From the NCBI GenBank assembly GCA_000092065.1, contig CP000587.1: 64,000 nucleotides of DNA. One strand, written 5' to 3'. Source of the DNA: Ostreococcus lucimarinus (Eukaryota). Position 1 is the stretch's first letter. Each line of letters opens with the position of its first letter. Made by a program: the position numbers and the translations under genes. Positions 46,709 through 57,480 of this stretch are shown one piece after another. The notes under the pieces were generated by a model. That model made no database searches. It worked only from the letters and a program-made list of their open reading frames with translations, and had not been told where the DNA came from.

Positions 46709-49700
46709 ATGCGCGCCGCGAGGTACCGTCGCGCGCGTCGACGCGTCGACGACCGGGACAGCGGCCGCGGCCGTGGTGTCGTCGCGCTGTGCGCGGTCGT
46801 CGTCGCGCTCGCGCGGGTGAGAACGAGCGGTGGTGAAGCGATATGGGGGTTAGAGACCGTGTACGATGGTTTGGGGTATAATCCAGAGTTCCCGACGCAG
46901 GTTTGCGGCCCGTCCAAGGATGGGAACTCTTTTCGCGCCGCGGGTTGCAAACCGGCGATTACAGAGAAGGATTCGTACGGCACCGCGGGTGATCCGGGAT
47001 TTAGTTTCGCGAGGTACGCGTATAAAGGAAAATCATACGGGCCACCATATAATAATGTAGCGGACGTGGCGGCGTGTACGTACTCGTTGACGTACGCCGC
47101 GGCGGAGGCGGCGGGCCTGGAGCACTGCTTTTACGCTCCGTACACGGGTGGCGTGCCGACGACGACGGTGCAGAAGACGACGACGAACTTGGGATACTCC
47201 ACTCTAGGTTGGCGTCTACCCTTGGCTGAATGGCGAGATAAGTTGCCGGATTACGTGGTGGAACGATACGAATTACCGCCGCTTCGGTTGGGCTTCGAGG
47301 AGGGGACGTTTTGGCCGAATTGGAAGCTACTCTCGAGCGGTTTGCCAAACTTTGCCGTGACGAAGACATGTTTTCTTGAAGCGCACAGCGGAGACTATCA
47401 GCTGTGTAGCGCCTATCCGACGGAGCGTCGCGAAGATATTCACGGCGTCCTTCAAGTGCAAAGCATCTCATTCGCACTCGGGCGTGGGAGCTTGTTCTTT
47501 GAGGCAAACGGCGGAGATAAAAACGTCCCAGACATACCTCAAGACCCGTATCCCATAGCTTCGCACGGGAAAGGTGCGCTTGGAGTTGCGTTAACGAGGA
47601 TTAGCGATGGGTATCGAGTGCTGACAAAACCTGTGCGCGCGAGAAGATATTGGGAAACCTTACGTTGGGAGGAGTCTTTACTCGCACAGTATTACGGGGA
47701 GGTTTTTAGGTTGGAGATTTTCGATTATCGTTCGGGTTCGTTCGGTTGGCTCGCGGTGGATTCTTTCGTAATTCCGCAGGCGCCTGTTATCATCACGGAG
47801 GTGACTCCATCGATTGGACCTCGAGTCGGTGGCACGAGAATCACTATCAGCGGGCAAAACTTTGGAAGTTCCGTTGACGACAAAACCGTGTTCATCGGCG
47901 ATAAAGAATGCATCGACTTACGCATGAGTTATTCTCGTTGTTCGTCCGATACCACCGTTTGTGCTGGTGCGTTGAGCTGTACTACACCAGCAGGTTCCGG
48001 GGTAGGTCTCACAGTAGCGGTGGTGATTGGAGACCCAACCGTCGTCCGCATCGCAGGGCCGCGAGGTGGGTTCCAAGCGGGTTTTTGCGGCGATGAATCG
48101 ACCGAGCATCCCTTCTCCGAATGTGCAATAGATGCAATCGATGCTGTCGCTGGAGCGCGAAAGCGTGGCTTTACTTACGCTGATCCTCCGACGGTGACAA
48201 GTACGCCAGTCACGAGTGCGATCCAAGACATTCAGTACGAGTACACGCTCATTGCTACGGACCCAGACGAGAACGACTTATTGACGTATACGGCAATTAC
48301 GTTACCAACGTTTTTGCAGTTTGATCCAACGACTCGTCTACTTACTGGCGTGCCATTACGGTCAGATGTACAATGTAGGAGCAACAATTGGCACCCAGCT
48401 TCTGAGCGCTGCGCGTTGGGAGCAACGTATCAAGTTGAGTTTGAGATCTCGGACTCAATATACAGAGTTCAGCACAACTTTGAAGTGAAAGTGACGACGA
48501 ATGAGACCTCACTTCTTGTTGATAAGTCCTTTCACTGGGAAAACGCGTTACAAATCTTTGAAAAATACGAAGCCGTCGTTGCTTTGGGGTCGGTTACAGA
48601 ATCGCTCAAAGCCTTGGAAAATAGGAACGTGACGAGTCCGACAGAAATCGTTGGCTTCAATTATAGAAATCCTTTGAATGATGAGGATAAAACGATCCGT
48701 AATGCCCTCATCGCTATTGCAGAGAAGCCGAATATCGATGAAGTCGACGTCGATGCGGCCATTCAGTGGCTGCAAACGAACAACTCTGACGCCGTAAACC
48801 TTGATATGATCCAGGCGCTCAAAGAGCAAGTTGCGGTACAGAAGCGAGGAGACGTATCCAGCGGTGCTTCGGCACCAGCGTTGCAAGGCGTCAGCTGGAA
48901 AGGCTGGTTAAATTATTTTAAAAAACTAGGAACGTCGCTCGGCGCTGGATCTGCCGTTTACACAAATGTTGCTGGGCTCCCCGTTCCAGCCGGCGCAACG
49001 AAAATGCTTACGCGGGAGAAGATAATTGTCATCAAACTATCGACTCCTTGCAACTCGACCGCGTTGAACACGGACAGATATATTCCATCATGTGACGCGG
49101 TTGTGGGTATGTCATCACAGCACGAGGTCTGGCTCGGATTCAGTGACTACGGAACAACGTTGGAGGATGTCATCGTGTTCCCCGAGGATTTTGAGTTTGC
49201 GGATCTTGTTACGTCGGCCGTCTTTACACAAGACGTTCCAGGTTTTCTCGGTCAATTAACTAGACGAATGGTGGCGCAATCAGCAAAGCTACAGGAAATC
49301 GCAACATTGGGCGAAACACACCTTGTATGGTTCGATACATCCACGTCTATGCTAACCGTGAACATGACCATCAAGTCTTCACCGGTGAAAGCAGTCATGC
49401 AACTTGCAACTTCGTATCCTTATCCCGAACCTGGAAAGTATGGATTACCCGAGATTAGCGTTGTGAGCTGCGATAACGTGGCGTACGACTATGAAAACGC
49501 GCTCATTTCATTCAGCAATACCATGACGAGAACTGGTGGATCTTTGACCAGTCGTCTCGCAGCGTTGGCGAACGATGTCTCAACATTTGCGTCACGGTGC
49601 AAAAATTTATGCAACGGTCAGGGTCTGTGCCAAGATTCGCAACTGCCACCCGTTTGTCAGTGTTATCAGGACTACTTCGGCGATGATTGCTCGCAAGTAA

Positions 49701-51148
49701 CGTGTCCGAATGATTGCAGTAATAATGGCGCCTGCGATTCGAGGCAAGTATGTACGCACTTCCCGGAAAGCGGCGAAACAGACTGCTCCGGTGGAACTGG
49801 AAAGTGTGCGTGTAATTACCCTTACTTTGGCAAGGATTGCTCGTTAAAAACATGTGCGAAGAATTTCATCGTTTTTGAAGGTAATTCGACGCACAAGCTC
49901 GACGTCACGGCCGGAACGCAACCTATCAAGGACAAATACACCGCGCTCGGTCTCGATGTGTATGACGTGAAGATTAGCGAAACCAATGGTGACCAACCTG
50001 CAGCTTGGGCAATTCAAGGAGACGAGCTTAGCTTGGCGCATCTTGTTGGATCGGCTTACGTGGAATTTACCAGCTCTGAAGACGGAGAAACGGCGAGATC
50101 ACTGGAGCCATTTTACGTTGACTCTATCCCCAGTCGTGGCGTCGCAATCGAGGCACAATATTTTGCGCAGGAGTACCGCACTTTCGTAAAGCGTGAGCAA
50201 CAGCTACTAGATTTGTTCGGCAAAAGCTCATCAGAGTGCAACGCCGCCGGTGCTTGTGCCTTTGAAACCGGTACGTGCTTCTGTGCGACGCAGTATTATG
50301 GGGCCGGTTGTGAATTTCAGTACTGCGCAAATGATTGTGCAGGTCACGGTACGTGCAATAAGCTTACCGGTGTGTGTACGTGCGAAACACACTACGTGAC
50401 AGATGAAACATATGGATGCGCTTTGAAGGACTATAGTTTGATTTCAACCACGTGCACTGACGAAGCACTTGATAGAGAGGTTGATGACGCTGATCTGCGC
50501 GTGCGTCCATTACACGCATCATGTCTCTTTGGTACAAGATTGGGTAGCCCTGTGACTGGCACGACGACGACTTATATCACTGACTTACAAGGTAATGTGT
50601 GTTTGGATTGCTCTGGTTATACTCTAGAGTCGAACTCCAGGATTTATTTTTACGAAGACGAACCATGCACTTCGTCTGCTGGGAACCGCGAAGACTTTTG
50701 CGACAACACGAAAGAGTCCTACGACACCATCGTTCGCGGCATTGGCATGATACCCGCTGGAGACAGTGGGTCGACTCTTTCATTCAACCTCGCCGCCATG
50801 CGTACATCGGATATTCAGTTTTCTATTTTCAAGGCAAAGGCGGGGATCGTAAGAGAGCATTTAGCTGACATCGATGCGGGCGGTTGTGGTGCATGTACGG
50901 ACGATAATCCCCAGTGCGGCGCCATATTCACTATCGCCGTCGATGGTGTTACCGTATGGACTTCGTTGGTGAACAACAAGTACTCCGAGATCAACATCGA
51001 TATCAGCGCTGCCAGTACCATGACACTCTCCACAGCAAAGTACACCCCGCCGTATTGGCGTTCCAACGTCTTGCCTGGTCTCGCAGGACAAGACGCACCT
51101 GCCGTTTGGTGCGATGGCGCCGCTTGGGCGGACGCAGAGTTCTATTAG
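46709..51148 (+). CDS. Large extracellular/surface protein: signal-anchor, IPT/TIG domain, cadherin-like (He_PIG/CADG-type) domain, multiple tenascin-type EGF repeats
   Basis: Hydrophobic N-terminus VVALCAVVVALARV after ATG 46709. TIG-like VIPQAPVIITEVTPSIGPRVGGTRITISGQNFG. He_PIG/cadherin-like YEYTLIATDPDENDLLTYTAITLPTFLQFDPTTRLLTGVP. EGF repeats CNGQGLCQDS..CQCYQDYFGDDCSQVTCPNDCSNNGACDS and CNAAGACAFETGTCFCATQYYGAGCEFQYCANDCAGHGTCNKLTGVCTC. The track ORF from 45995 adds Arg-rich low-complexity sequence. Confidence 0.8.
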   Translation: MRAARYRRARRRVDDRDSGRGRGVVALCAVVVALARVRTSGGEAIWGLETVYDGLGYNPEFPTQVCGPSKDGNSFRAAGCKPAITEKDSYGTAGDPGFSFARYAYKGKSYGPPYNNVADVAACTYSLTYAAAEAAGLEHCFYAPYTGGVPTTTVQKTTTNLGYSTLGWRLPLAEWRDKLPDYVVERYELPPLRLGFEEGTFWPNWKLLSSGLPNFAVTKTCFLEAHSGDYQLCSAYPTERREDIHGVLQVQSISFALGRGSLFFEANGGDKNVPDIPQDPYPIASHGKGALGVALTRISDGYRVLTKPVRARRYWETLRWEESLLAQYYGEVFRLEIFDYRSGSFGWLAVDSFVIPQAPVIITEVTPSIGPRVGGTRITISGQNFGSSVDDKTVFIGDKECIDLRMSYSRCSSDTTVCAGALSCTTPAGSGVGLTVAVVIGDPTVVRIAGPRGGFQAGFCGDESTEHPFSECAIDAIDAVAGARKRGFTYADPPTVTSTPVTSAIQDIQYEYTLIATDPDENDLLTYTAITLPTFLQFDPTTRLLTGVPLRSDVQCRSNNWHPASERCALGATYQVEFEISDSIYRVQHNFEVKVTTNETSLLVDKSFHWENALQIFEKYEAVVALGSVTESLKALENRNVTSPTEIVGFNYRNPLNDEDKTIRNALIAIAEKPNIDEVDVDAAIQWLQTNNSDAVNLDMIQALKEQVAVQKRGDVSSGASAPALQGVSWKGWLNYFKKLGTSLGAGSAVYTNVAGLPVPAGATKMLTREKIIVIKLSTPCNSTALNTDRYIPSCDAVVGMSSQHEVWLGFSDYGTTLEDVIVFPEDFEFADLVTSAVFTQDVPGFLGQLTRRMVAQSAKLQEIATLGETHLVWFDTSTSMLTVNMTIKSSPVKAVMQLATSYPYPEPGKYGLPEISVVSCDNVAYDYENALISFSNTMTRTGGSLTSRLAALANDVSTFASRCKNLCNGQGLCQDSQLPPVCQCYQDYFGDDCSQVTCPNDCSNNGACDSRQVCTHFPESGETDCSGGTGKCACNYPYFGKDCSLKTCAKNFIVFEGNSTHKLDVTAGTQPIKDKYTALGLDVYDVKISETNGDQPAAWAIQGDELSLAHLVGSAYVEFTSSEDGETARSLEPFYVDSIPSRGVAIEAQYFAQEYRTFVKREQQLLDLFGKSSSECNAAGACAFETGTCFCATQYYGAGCEFQYCANDCAGHGTCNKLTGVCTCETHYVTDETYGCALKDYSLISTTCTDEALDREVDDADLRVRPLHASCLFGTRLGSPVTGTTTTYITDLQGNVCLDCSGYTLESNSRIYFYEDEPCTSSAGNREDFCDNTKESYDTIVRGIGMIPAGDSGSTLSFNLAAMRTSDIQFSIFKAKAGIVREHLADIDAGGCGACTDDNPQCGAIFTIAVDGVTVWTSLVNNKYSEINIDISAASTMTLSTAKYTPPYWRSNVLPGLAGQDAPAVWCDGAAWADAEFY

Positions 51149-51709
51149 CTTTTAGCCGAGTATTCACACGAATGCCATTTAATAGACATTAAATTCCTAG
51201 CGCATCTCCATCTCTTGCCAGACCAACCGCCGGTCTCCAGGCGTGCTAAAACACCAAGTGGGCGTCACTTCGTGGCGTTCACGCACGTTCTATAGTCCAG
51301 CGCGCGCGCTGCTAGCGATCAAAAAGCGTCATGCGCTCCGTGCAGCTCGGCACGCACGCGCATAACGCCCTGCTCGGCGTCACAAGCGCGGGCGACGGTC
51401 GATGCGTGAGCACCGTAGCAAAAGACGGCGTCGTGACGTACGACGTCGAGGAAGAGGTAAAAGAGCGTTCACGCAATCGACGCGAAATATATGACAATAT
51501 TTGACGCACGCGTTGCGTCGCGTGCGTGCGGACGACGTTGTGCGCGCGCCGATCGCTCGAAGTTTGCGACGTCGTAAAAGTGGCGGCTGAGGGCGAAGGG
51601 CGAGTCGAGCACGTCGCTCTCGAGGCGTTCAAACGAAGCAAACGCGATCGAATGGAGCGAGAACTGACGATGAAAACGTTTTTACGCTTCGCAGAAACGA
51701 GAGCGAACG

Positions 51710-53794
51710 TTGGCGCTCGATCGAGGGCGAAAGTTTGCTTGCGCGGTGGCGTGTGGGTCGAATGGCAGGTATTACGCGTGTTTGGAGAAGGAACAAGAAA
51801 GTGATTCATCGTATTTGTGCGCGTGGGAGACGGAGCAAAGCGCAAACGCGGCGACGGTTGGTGAAGCATCGAAAGAGTGCGTCACAACTCTCGATTTAGG
51901 ACGCAGTGGTCGAGTGCGTGAGTTGGTGGCGGTGGACGGCGGCGCTCTCGTGGTGACGACAACGGGGGAGGTCCAACTCTTCGGGATGTCGGCGGAACAC
52001 ATTGACAAAGCGCGCACGAGTGGAGAGTTAGGCTCTCGACGAGTAGAGACGGCGTCGGTTTTACCTGAATCAGTTGGTGCACTCGTAGTGACGACGGATG
52101 GTAACTTTCAGGGTCGCAAAATAGCCACATTTCTTGCCCGCGCGCAAACCGTGACATTGGCTTGGGAGCTGGACATCGAGCACCCGGACGGCGCGGCAAA
52201 AGCCAGAGTGGCGAGCGCGGCAAGTGATGGGGAGACTTTCATGGTATTATGGGACGATGGCGTCTGGGCCCTGCACGACGCGAGCGATGGGTCTCTCAAG
52301 CACAAGCTGCGACTCGACGGGCTCGATGTGCATTGTGATGAAGCCACATCTGGGAAGCGGAGTAAGAAGAGCGAAGATACCTCACCGTTAGCAAGTGCGG
52401 CGTCTTTGTGCCTTTCTCAGGATTATTACGCCGTCGTGGCGAACTCGAAGGAAGAAAATACCGTGGTAGTGGCCGTTTTTGATTCGCGTTACGGCGCCGT
52501 GCACTTGGCGGAGGACGTTAGCCGAGGCTTAGAACACAAAGTTGGCCGAACGTCCGGGGTGAGCCTCGCCGCAACTTCGGGTAATCTGATCGTTGGTCTT
52601 TCTGATCAAGTGGTTTCGGTACAGTTCGATCTTCCTGAACTCTCTTTAGCTTCGCTCGTGGGATCGCTCAGCATACACTCGCAACCGGAGGCGAGCGCAG
52701 CGGCAATTCGAGTTTTGGGTGCGGAGACAGCATCTACGGCACTCGTACCGCCGCAACACGCGGCTGTGACACCTGGCTGGAAACTAGAGGAGTTAAAACT
52801 TGATGGCCAAGGAGTCGTCAGTTTGAGCAATGTCTGGGACGACGACGACGCACAGACCAGGGAGAAGAAGGTCCGGTCGACTGCTGAAGCTTTGGCGAGC
52901 GGTAGCAAAAAGGCGGGCTCATCGTTACAGACTCTGATGAAATCCCTTCCGATTCCGCAAATTCTCATAGAAAGTGCCATTAGTGGTGGTTTAAATCATC
53001 GAGTGTGGGATTCAGTGACACTTTTGCTCGCCGGTGGACACATTCGTGGCTCTTCGACGGCGAGACAATTAGTGACGGCGCTTCTTGAGGAAGACATGCT
53101 TGACGAAGTCAAGGACTTCTTAGTGTACGCCAAGGACGTTTCTGCTGAAGATATCGTTGCGATTTTACACTCTGCAATGATGCGAGACGAAGACGACCCT
53201 GGGTTGAAGAAGCGCGCTTCAGCGAACAAAAAGCTCGCAGAAAAGGTACTCGACGAAGCAGAGGCATGCGCGTCTGATGAAAAGTTCAATGGCGAAGCTA
53301 AACAAAAGCTGTTTGCCAGAGCTCAACTCTTAGTGAGTGCGTACGATAGTTTTGCACCATGGGCACAACAACTTCATCCCCTCATCGCTCGTCCGTTGGA
53401 TCCAACGATGGGTATGCTAGTGTTGCGTGATCTCTCCAAGCAAGACGCGGTTTCGCTACTTCAGTATTTGCTCGTCTGGGCTAACTTTTACGCTTCATCG
53501 GGCGGCTATTTCGCCCGGATCAACACTCTAGTCGAACCTGGGATTCCCAGCGCGCACGCGGTCGTGACGTGGACGTCCGCGTTGCTCGACGCGCAGTTCA
53601 CGACGTTTTGTCTCTCAGACGACGTCGCCGAACCCGTGCGCGCGCTGCGAGAGTCTTCGAGCCAAATGCTCGATATGATGCGCTCTTTAGCCGCCCTCGG
53701 AGGTGCGTTCAGACACGTCGGCGAGAACTCTCCGCTTCCCGAACAACACGGCGTACAGTCCACGACGTACACCGTAGAGAGCGTGGCTTGGTAA
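51710..53794 (+). CDS. Hypothetical protein (beta-rich N-terminal region, alpha-helical C-terminal region); start unresolved
   Basis: A long non-repetitive ORF. The track start at 51710 is TTG; the first in-frame ATG is at 51986 (MSAEHIDK). Residues before it look like genuine coding sequence (VAVDGGALVVTTTGEVQLF). Confidence 0.5.
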   Translation: MALDRGRKFACAVACGSNGRYYACLEKEQESDSSYLCAWETEQSANAATVGEASKECVTTLDLGRSGRVRELVAVDGGALVVTTTGEVQLFGMSAEHIDKARTSGELGSRRVETASVLPESVGALVVTTDGNFQGRKIATFLARAQTVTLAWELDIEHPDGAAKARVASAASDGETFMVLWDDGVWALHDASDGSLKHKLRLDGLDVHCDEATSGKRSKKSEDTSPLASAASLCLSQDYYAVVANSKEENTVVVAVFDSRYGAVHLAEDVSRGLEHKVGRTSGVSLAATSGNLIVGLSDQVVSVQFDLPELSLASLVGSLSIHSQPEASAAAIRVLGAETASTALVPPQHAAVTPGWKLEELKLDGQGVVSLSNVWDDDDAQTREKKVRSTAEALASGSKKAGSSLQTLMKSLPIPQILIESAISGGLNHRVWDSVTLLLAGGHIRGSSTARQLVTALLEEDMLDEVKDFLVYAKDVSAEDIVAILHSAMMRDEDDPGLKKRASANKKLAEKVLDEAEACASDEKFNGEAKQKLFARAQLLVSAYDSFAPWAQQLHPLIARPLDPTMGMLVLRDLSKQDAVSLLQYLLVWANFYASSGGYFARINTLVEPGIPSAHAVVTWTSALLDAQFTTFCLSDDVAEPVRALRESSSQMLDMMRSLAALGGAFRHVGENSPLPEQHGVQSTTYTVESVAW

Positions 53795-53839
53795 CTAAAA
53801 ACGTCGCGTTCACGTTGTTACAAATCGTCCAAAGCGCAC

Positions 53840-54097
53840 TCACTTCTTCGAACCGAACCATCTACTCTTTTTCTTCGCCTCTCGCGCCTTCCTCGCCTCC
53901 TCCGTCGCCTTTCTGTACCTCGCCGCGGTGTCTCCCTGTCGCATCAGCTTCTTCCCCTGTTGAAACCGTTCCTCGCGCGCGCGCTCCTTTTGCCATTGGT
54001 CCAGCGCGCCGAGCTGTCCACCGTACGCCGCGAGTCCGCCGGCGGCGAGAACGGCGACGCCCCACGCCGCCGCGCCGCCGTTTCGCACGCCGAGCAT
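53840..54097 (-). CDS. Hypothetical small protein (85 aa; N-terminal hydrophobic segment, basic C-terminus)
   Basis: ATG at 54097-54095. MLGVRNGGAAAWGVAVLAAGGLAAY followed by a K/R/E-rich tail ...KKKSRWFGSKK. Confidence 0.25.
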   Translation of the reverse strand: MLGVRNGGAAAWGVAVLAAGGLAAYGGQLGALDQWQKERAREERFQQGKKLMRQGDTAARYRKATEEARKAREAKKKSRWFGSKK

Positions 54098-54263
54098 CGC
54101 GACGCGCGCGCGTCGGCGAGTGTCGTCCCGCGTCGCCGGTGTCTCGGCGACGACGACGGACGACGGACGACGTCAACCCTAGGCCGAGGCTGAAATCGAC
54201 GAGGTCGGCGCGCGTCGAGCGACGCGCGATACACGAGGACGCGCGCGCGCGCGACGGACGCAG

Positions 54264-56513
54264 ATGCGCTCGAAACGCGCCCTGGATGCGCTTCGCGCGC
54301 TGCGACGCGCCGCACCGCGAGACGTCGACGCGCGATGGCGAGCGATGACGCTCGCGACCGCACCGCGAGGCGGCGGCGCGATGACGCAGCGCGAGCGCGC
54401 GAGCGATGCGATGGGACGACGGACGTACGCGAGCGAGTCAGCAGAAGCGTTGCGAAGAAATATTGGAATCTCGGCGCACATCGATAGCGGGAAGACGACG
54501 CTCACGGAACGCATCTTGTTTTACACGGGGAGGATCAACGCGATTCACGAGGTGCGCGGGAAGGATGGCGTGGGGGCGAAGATGGACTCCATGGAGCTCG
54601 AACGTGAGAAAGGTATCACGATTCAATCCGCGGCGACGTATTGTCGATGGAAGGAGAGCGATATTAACATCATCGATACCCCAGGGCACGTGGACTTTAC
54701 CATCGAAGTCGAACGCGCGCTGCGCGTGCTGGACGGCGCGGTGCTCGTTCTGTGCTCGGTGGGTGGTGTGCAGTCGCAATCGATCACGGTGGATAGACAG
54801 ATGCGGCGATACAACGTGCCGAGATTGTGCTTCGTGAACAAGTGCGATCGCGCGGGGGCGAATCCGTGGAAGGTTCTCGCGCAGGCGCGCGACAAACTGA
54901 AGCTCAACGCGGCGGCGGTGCAAATTCCAATCGGATTAGAAGACGAGCACGAGGGTGTCGTTGACTTAGTGCGAATGCAATCTGTTGTGTTTTCCGGTGA
55001 AAACGGGCAGACGCTGACAGTGGGTGAAATTCCGGCGAATTTGAAGGAACTCGCCGATGAGAAGCGCAAAGTTCTCATCGAGTGCGTTTCCGAAGTCGAC
55101 GAAGAATTGGGAGACTTGTTTTTGATGGGTGAAGAGCCAACGACGGAGCAACTGTTGGCGGCGATCAGAAGGGCGACAATCGCAAATACGTTTTCTCCGT
55201 TGTTCATGGGCAGTGCGTACAAGAACCGCGGCGTTCAGCTTCTTTTAGACGGCGTCGTGGACTATCTCCCAGCGCCGTCGGAGGTGCAAAACGTCGCTTT
55301 AGATTTGAAGAACGAAGAAGCACCGGTCGTTTTGTCCAACGACCCATCGAAGCCGCTCGTTTCTTTGGCATTCAAACTCGAGGAGGGTAAATTCGGGCAA
55401 CTCACGTATTTGCGCGTGTACCAAGGCCAAATTGATAAGGGCATGACCATCGTCAACACGTCGACTGGGAAGAAGCTCAAAGTTCCTCGACTCGTGCGAA
55501 TGCATAGTGATGACATGGAAGACGTGAACTCCGCTCCAAACGGTGACATCGTCGCACTTTTTGGTGTTGAGTGTAAGAGCGGTGACACATTTACGGATGG
55601 CAGTGTGAACTACGCGATGACTTCGATGAAGGTTCCTGACCCCGTCATGTCTCTCGCAGTGAGTCCGAAGAGTAAAGCCGAAAGCGGCAACTTTAGCAAG
55701 GCCCTGCAGCGCTTTCAAAAGGAAGACCCCACGTTCCGCGTGCACATGGACGAAGAAAGTGGGCAGACTATCATTAGTGGTATGGGTGAGTTACATCTCG
55801 ACATTTATGTCGAGCGAATGCGGCGAGAGTACAAGGTTGACTGTGAAGTCGGTCAGCCGCGCGTAAACTACCGAGAAGCCATCACAAAACGAGCCGAGTT
55901 TGATTACTTGCATAAAAAGCAATCTGGTGGACAAGGTCAATACGGTAAGGTTGTTGGATATATCGAGCCATTAGAAAATACCACCGAAGTCATCTTTGAG
56001 AACGGCATCATTGGTAACGCCATCGCCCCTTCGTTTATTCAAGCCGTGGAAAAGGGTTTCAAAGAGGCTGCGCTCAACGGTGGCTTGGTCGGTTATCCCG
56101 TTGAGGGCATTAAAATTGTGCTGACGGACGGTGCTTCGCACGCTGTTGATTCGTCTGAGTTGGCTTTCAAACTCGCCGCGCTCGCGGCGTTCCGACAATC
56201 GTTTCACAACGCGTCGCCGAAACTCTTGGAACCCATCATGAAGGTGGACATCACTGTCCCTTCTGAATTTCAAGGTACGGTCATCGGTAACATTAACCGA
56301 CGTAAAGGGACGATTAACGACTCTACGGCGGAAGGTGATGACGTGATAATTAGTTCGATGGTCCCTCTGAGCCAGATGTTTGGTTACAGCACCGAGTTGA
56401 GAAGCATGACGCAAGGCAAGGGAGAGTTTACGATGGAGTACGGCTCTCACCAGGCTGTGACGCAGGACGTGCAAGCTGAGTTGATCTCCACGTTGGGCAA
56501 AGTAAAAAATTGA
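54264..56513 (+). CDS. GFM1: Mitochondrial translation elongation factor G1 (GFM1/MEF1)
   Basis: ATG at 54264, Arg-rich presequence. G-domain motifs [17 protein letters not shown] and NKCD. Long stretches match human GFM1 (for example [27 protein letters not shown]; [20 protein letters not shown]). Confidence 0.92.
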   Translation: MRSKRALDALRALRRAAPRDVDARWRAMTLATAPRGGGAMTQRERASDAMGRRTYASESAEALRRNIGISAHIDSGKTTLTERILFYTGRINAIHEVRGKDGVGAKMDSMELEREKGITIQSAATYCRWKESDINIIDTPGHVDFTIEVERALRVLDGAVLVLCSVGGVQSQSITVDRQMRRYNVPRLCFVNKCDRAGANPWKVLAQARDKLKLNAAAVQIPIGLEDEHEGVVDLVRMQSVVFSGENGQTLTVGEIPANLKELADEKRKVLIECVSEVDEELGDLFLMGEEPTTEQLLAAIRRATIANTFSPLFMGSAYKNRGVQLLLDGVVDYLPAPSEVQNVALDLKNEEAPVVLSNDPSKPLVSLAFKLEEGKFGQLTYLRVYQGQIDKGMTIVNTSTGKKLKVPRLVRMHSDDMEDVNSAPNGDIVALFGVECKSGDTFTDGSVNYAMTSMKVPDPVMSLAVSPKSKAESGNFSKALQRFQKEDPTFRVHMDEESGQTIISGMGELHLDIYVERMRREYKVDCEVGQPRVNYREAITKRAEFDYLHKKQSGGQGQYGKVVGYIEPLENTTEVIFENGIIGNAIAPSFIQAVEKGFKEAALNGGLVGYPVEGIKIVLTDGASHAVDSSELAFKLAALAAFRQSFHNASPKLLEPIMKVDITVPSEFQGTVIGNINRRKGTINDSTAEGDDVIISSMVPLSQMFGYSTELRSMTQGKGEFTMEYGSHQAVTQDVQAELISTLGKVKN

Positions 56514-56549
56514 TAGCTGTCGCTGCTTAAATAACTAACAGTAGTTCTA

Positions 56550-57332
56550 CTATTTTTTAAATTCGAAGTGTCCGCTTTGCGTTAACAAGACGTGCAATTC
56601 ATTCATGTCCGCGCACACGAAATGTGGCACCATCTGCTCGGGAACTTTATCCACACCGAATTCCTCCGCCCATTTCCCCGTACGTCCGCTATCCAAGAGC
56701 ACAGTCAGCGCTCCCGCGGCGTTCCCACTCACTACGTCGTCTTTTGCGCTGTCACCCACCATGATAATCTCGCTCGGCGAGCACCCCCATAACTCGCAAA
56801 TGTGCAGCAACGAATCCGGCGCCGGTTTGTACGGCTTGAACTCCCGACTCAACCACGGTGAAAACGGCGCCATCGTCCACACGGTGTCGTGAAAAAACTC
56901 CACCGAGCTCGCCGCGTTCCGCGTCACCAACGCTCGCGGGATTCCCATCCCGTCCAGCGTCGCCGCCACCTCCATCGCTCCCGGCGCGATGACCGTCGTC
57001 TTCAGCGCCTCTCTCTCCATCTCTCCGATGATCTCGTACGCCTTCGTCCGTCGCGCCTCGTTCCACGAGTCGACTTCACCTAAAATATCACTCGTTTCGC
57101 ACCCGACTCTGCGTCGCATCTCCGTGAAGTCCAGCGCCGCGCTGACGCACAGCGTTCCATCCATGTCGAACACGACACCGCGCACGAGGCGTCGCGACGT
57201 CGACGTCGACGTGGGACTCGTCGCGGGAGACATGGCGCGCGTCGTGTGCGTCGCGCGCGGTGCGCGCGAGTGGGATTTTTCACGAGCGATGCGGTGACAC
57301 GCCGTCGACGCTCGAGCGATGCGACGAAGCAT
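56550..57332 (-). CDS. HAD-superfamily hydrolase/phosphatase
   Basis: ATG at 57332-57330. Motif I GVVFDMDGTL (DxDGT). Motif IV VGDSAKDDVVSGNAAG. Presequence-like N-terminus. Confidence 0.75.
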   Translation of the reverse strand: MLRRIARASTACHRIAREKSHSRAPRATHTTRAMSPATSPTSTSTSRRLVRGVVFDMDGTLCVSAALDFTEMRRRVGCETSDILGEVDSWNEARRTKAYEIIGEMEREALKTTVIAPGAMEVAATLDGMGIPRALVTRNAASSVEFFHDTVWTMAPFSPWLSREFKPYKPAPDSLLHICELWGCSPSEIIMVGDSAKDDVVSGNAAGALTVLLDSGRTGKWAEEFGVDKVPEQMVPHFVCADMNELHVLLTQSGHFEFKK

Positions 57333-57480
57333 GAACGACGACGAGTGGCGCGGCGTGGGGGCGTGGTCGTTTTAACGTTTGCGCGTCAACACGAGTTTCT
57401 GACTGTTTGCGTTTCAACGTATAAGATCTCTGTCGTCCGTGCGTCGAGCGTTGAGATGAGATGAAAAGCGGTGCGATGTA

